Positions 60,323-64,000 of a stretch of DNA of 64,000 nt are shown piece by piece (position 1 is the stretch's first letter; each line of letters opens with the position of its first letter). Source of the stretch: Cladosporium halotolerans (taxonomy: Eukaryota); NCBI RefSeq assembly GCF_011745625.1, contig NW_027191458.1:496001-560000 (forward strand). Reading direction: 5' to 3'. The notes under the pieces are model-generated. The model was not told where the DNA came from and did not search any database. It saw only the letters and a program-made list of their open reading frames with translations. A program made the position numbers and the translations under genes.

Positions 60323-61668
60323 CTAATCAGCCTCGTCGTCGTCCTCGTTCTTCTCCGGCTTGCCGTCCTTCCGAATCGGGATCTTGATGCCCTGCGACGC
60401 GAAGACCCTGCTGAGAGGCGTGGTCTCGATGACGCCGGGGAACTTCTTGGCGGAGTAGACCTGGAAGGGCTCGGAGTAGGACCAGGCGAGGACGGGGCAC
60501 TTGCTGCGGTTGAGGCCGGCGCCGCCGGTGGGGTCGCCGACGTCGATGAAGTTCATCTTGAGTCTGGGGGAGGGGGTTAGATGTGCTTTAGTTAGAGAGG
60601 GAGGAGAATGTGGGGAGCTCACCTGAACCAGCCTTCGGTGCGCACGGACAGGTCCTGCAGGACGAACCAGAAGCCGAGCTTTTTCTCCGTGTCTTCCAGG
60701 AGAGATGCGTTGACGGTCAGGCTGCCGATGAGGTTGCGCGTGTACATTGCGTTCGTCTGCGGCTGGACAACGGGCTGCGGGTATTGTGGCATGTACATGG
60801 ATTGCGGGTAGCCTGGTTGGCCGTGGGAGTCGTAGTAGGGCTGGCCGGTCTCTGGTTGGTAGAATACTTGCATTGGCTGGCCGTAGGGGTTCATGACCGT
60901 GCGCTCTTGCGGAGGAGGGTATGAAGTCGTGGTCGCAGTGCTGATGCTAACGGCGGGCGAGGCAGATGAGGCACGGACTATGTTGACCTCGCGCTCTCCG
61001 GCCTTGTCCCAGAGATCGACTTGCAGGATGAAGAACGAGCCCTCCGTGTCATTGGGGCTCACTTCCTGGCCGGTGTCCTTGTGAGTGATGACCAATCGCA
61101 CGCACGGAGGAGGCGTAATGGGCCTCCTGTCTTTGTCGCCGAAACCACACATGCGAGCTCTCTGCGGCTGCTGCTCAACTCGCAGCGTATATCGGTAGTC
61201 ACCCTTGACGCCGCTGAAGGACCATTGCTTGGGCTGGTCCGATTTGATCGCTTGAGGCATGCCTGAAGGTGGCGCGCCGTACATTTGCTGCTGAGGCATG
61301 CCGGAGGGCATTGCCTGGGCGCCAGGCAGGGCAGGCAGTGTGGGAGCAGGCATGCCGGTGTGTAAGGGAGGCAGCATGCCAGATTGACCAGGCGGAGGCA
61401 TGCGCGGCGGCGGTACGGAAGCCTGCATGCCTGGGTAGGCAGGATGTTGGTGATGCTGCTGTGGCTGCTGGTGTTGCTGGGGATGTTGCTGCTGCGACTG
61501 CGGTTGCTGGTGGTAAGGGTACATGTTCGGGCTGGAGTTCTGGCTGTCCACGCCGAACTGCGGTTCCTGCTTGTAGGGCGTGCCGTTGGAATAAGCCGGG
61601 TGAGGTTGCGACGGAGGATGGGCGTGGTAGAACTGGGCGGGCGACGATTGGATTTGCGGCGCTTGCAT
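60323..61668 (-). CDS. velB: Velvet complex subunit B; intron 60564-60622
   Basis: Q/P-rich N-terminus. Split velvet domain: YTLRVEQQPQRARMCGFGDKDRRPITPPP, insert, then NLIGSL...FVLQDLSVRTEGWFR|LK...FQVYSAKKFPGV...FASQGIKIPIRKDG. Confidence 0.93.
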
Positions 61669-61747
61669 GTCGTCGGAGGGACGGGGCAGGTGGTGTCTTG
61701 CGCGAACCGTGGATGCGCCGGGGAGGCCGGTGGCGGCGAGGGAGGGT

Positions 61748-61799
61748 GGGTGCAGACGGCGAGATACGAGGGTGCAGACGGCGAGATACGAGGGTGCAG
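61748..61799. repeat. 22-bp tandem repeat (about 2.4 copies) upstream of velB
   Basis: gggtgcagacggcgagatacga at 61748-61769 and 61770-61791, plus partial gggtgcag. Confidence 0.9.
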
Positions 61800-63545
61800 G
61801 TGGTTCAGAGGCAGTCGGCGGCGGTGGCAGAGCGGTTGGCAGCAATGGCAGGCGGCGCGCGCAGACAGGCTCGACGGGCAGAGGCAGTGGCCGGCGGGCG
61901 AGTCGGAGGGTGAGACAGCGTTGGCAGACGGCGGCGAGGCGGGCGGGTGGCAGCAGTTGAGGTCAGTTGAGGCCGGGGCAGGTCAGCAGCGATCGGTGCG
62001 TAAGGGCAGGCGGGATGGATTTTAGCAGCGCATGCGTCCCAGGTTCTCGGTAAAGTATGAGGCCATCCACCGTCCAGTCGGCACTGCGCGCGAGTCCGGT
62101 GGCGCTGCTGGCCTGCGCTGGCGGGAGTTGGCGTGCTGTGCTGGTGCGGGCGTTGGCGTGCTGTGCTGGTGTGCGGGCTGCTGTCTGAGACACGCGCGGG
62201 TTGACGTGCTGCCGTGTAGCGAGCGGGGGGGAGGGGGGGATGTGAGAGCGAGGAGGGGAGGATGGGCAGGCGTACTGTATGTGATGGTGATGCGTCAGGG
62301 AAATACCAGGCCCCAAAGACGGCAACCCGACAGTCGACTCGCAGCGGTCCGTCAGCAGTAGTTCGCGGTTGGCGCGGTGCACACGCACGAGGACCTCGCA
62401 GTGGCAGAGGCGGCGCTGGCAGCAGCTCCAACAGACGCCGTCGATCGCACGCAGGAATGCGGCGATGGCTGGCGTCGCCAGCTGCACGCAAGCGGGGCCC
62501 GCGCCAGGGCGTGCACCGCCCACGATCGCCCTCCGGCTGCTCTGCCGCCCCACCACCAACCTGCCTGCCTCCATCACATCCTCCTAGGTACCTACCTACC
62601 TGTAGGCTACCTGTAGGCTACCAACTCTCGCTACTCAGGAACAGCATCGCAGACCGCTCCCACAGCCACGCCAAGCCCTTGCCTCCGGTCGTGTCCAGGA
62701 GCAACGGCAGAGCAACCAGGCACACGCGCACAGTACACGCACACGCGTGCAGCACCACAACGCACCCCACCCTTCACTTTCCACCGCATCCAAGCGAGCC
62801 GTGAATCGCGAGATAAAATGAGCAACAGGCCGGGCCCCCTCCGTCCATCTATCAATCCACCCCTCCCTTCCCTTCCTCCCTTCCCTTCCTCCCTCCCTTC
62901 CTCCCTCCCGCCCGCGTCGCACAACCAACATCACGATTACCCCGACGCAGCACAAACGCAACCTGTCATAACCCCAACCCCGGGACGCGCGCAGAGGCAG
63001 GTGTGGTGAGCATGGCAGCCCAGCGGGCCACAAGCGGCGCGCGCAACGCCCAGAACGCGGACTCGGTGCCAGCCCAGCCCGACTGCGGCTCGCCGAAAGG
63101 CGCCTCCACAGGCACTAGTAAGGTAGTAGTGGTGGTGGTAGTTTTGGGCGCAGAAGAGAGACCACCACACAGTTAGTTAGCACCAGTAGTCTCGCGAGCC
63201 CACCCACACCACACCACCGCCCGCTCCCAAGCCAGCGTGTGGTCGTCGCAGCACCACTCACTCACTATCCCATTAGCCAACCGCATCCGCCAACGCCAGC
63301 CAGCCAGCCCGGAGCTCCCCTCCCTCCTCCCCTCCCATAAGATACCTACCCAATCGCCTCGCCTCGCTCGCCTCGCCCTCGGCTGACCCGCCCGAGCACT
63401 ACTGTACACACTAGCCCCACCCACACCACCTACTGCACCCTTAGACCCAGATGCCCTGACAGCGCGCGCCCGGCCGCCCTTCCGAATAGCCCTACGCACG
63501 CACGCGAGCGCAGCAACCAACCTAGGCAACCCGAGCTCGAGGTCG

Positions 63546-63578
<33 letters not shown>

Positions 63579-64000
63579 CTACTTACTGTCCACCGAAACC
63601 CGGCGTCCACGCCCTCGGAGACCGTGACATTTCGCGCGCTGCGCTGTGCCTGCGTTCGGGCCCGGGGCCGGGCGGGGGGGGGGGGGGTGGTGTGGCTTGG
63701 GTGTGGGTGTGGGTGTTGCTGATGGGCTTTTTTTCTCGAGAGCCCGCCTGAGGTGTGCGCGAGTCTGTGCGGGAGGGGCAGGGAGGGTGTGGTTTGGTTT
63801 TGCGGTAGCGAGGATGGGCGGGGGGGCTTGGTTAATTATATGCTAGGTGGCCAGGTAGCCACAGTATTACAGGCAGGTAGGGGCGTAAGGCCGGTAGCGT
63901 GGTGTTTCGATGAGATGCAGGCGAGATGAGAGGGTGCATGGGGGAGGATGTGGGTTTGAACTTTGCTAAATGGAGGGTGCGCAGGGACGATGCGCGATGC

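Noticed and set aside
61669..61845. Non-ATG upstream in-frame extension of VelB given by the ORF track
   Set aside because: Starts at TTG in low-complexity C-rich sequence that includes a 22-bp tandem repeat (not a multiple of 3); ATG 61668 is the more credible start.

Overview
Gene-dense, GC-rich euchromatic window from a filamentous ascomycete. The basis is short GT-AG introns with CTRAC/CTAAT branch points plus Pezizomycotina-type Pro1, VelB and ppg1/ccg-4-like genes; a Dothideomycete origin is plausible but is inference. About 29 protein-coding genes could be supported, most of them spliced by hand. Housekeeping genes: MGS1, FKBP12, FCF1, PRE1, homocitrate synthase, BUD23, SVP26, IDH1, ATG5. 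Development/meiosis genes: MSH4, Pro1/NosA, an alpha-pheromone-type precursor, velB. Others: a Baeyer-Villiger monooxygenase, a COG0523 GTPase, a thioesterase, a GST-kappa and several orphans. No rRNA, tRNA, CRISPR or intact transposon was recognised. Best observations: (1) a [D1,2] spliceosomal twin intron (stwintron) at 4324-4437 that is required to keep the BVMO in frame; (2) an atypical ppg1/ccg-4-like precursor encoding five cationic GLCxxPGxTC peptides, with CTATTGAG, TCAATG and TGAAACA elements in its promoter; (3) an in-frame 72-nt duplication of the VelB acidic tail behind its TAG stop; (4) a recurrent C-rich to G-rich switch inside several coding sequences. All calls come from reading the sequence; no database searches were run.
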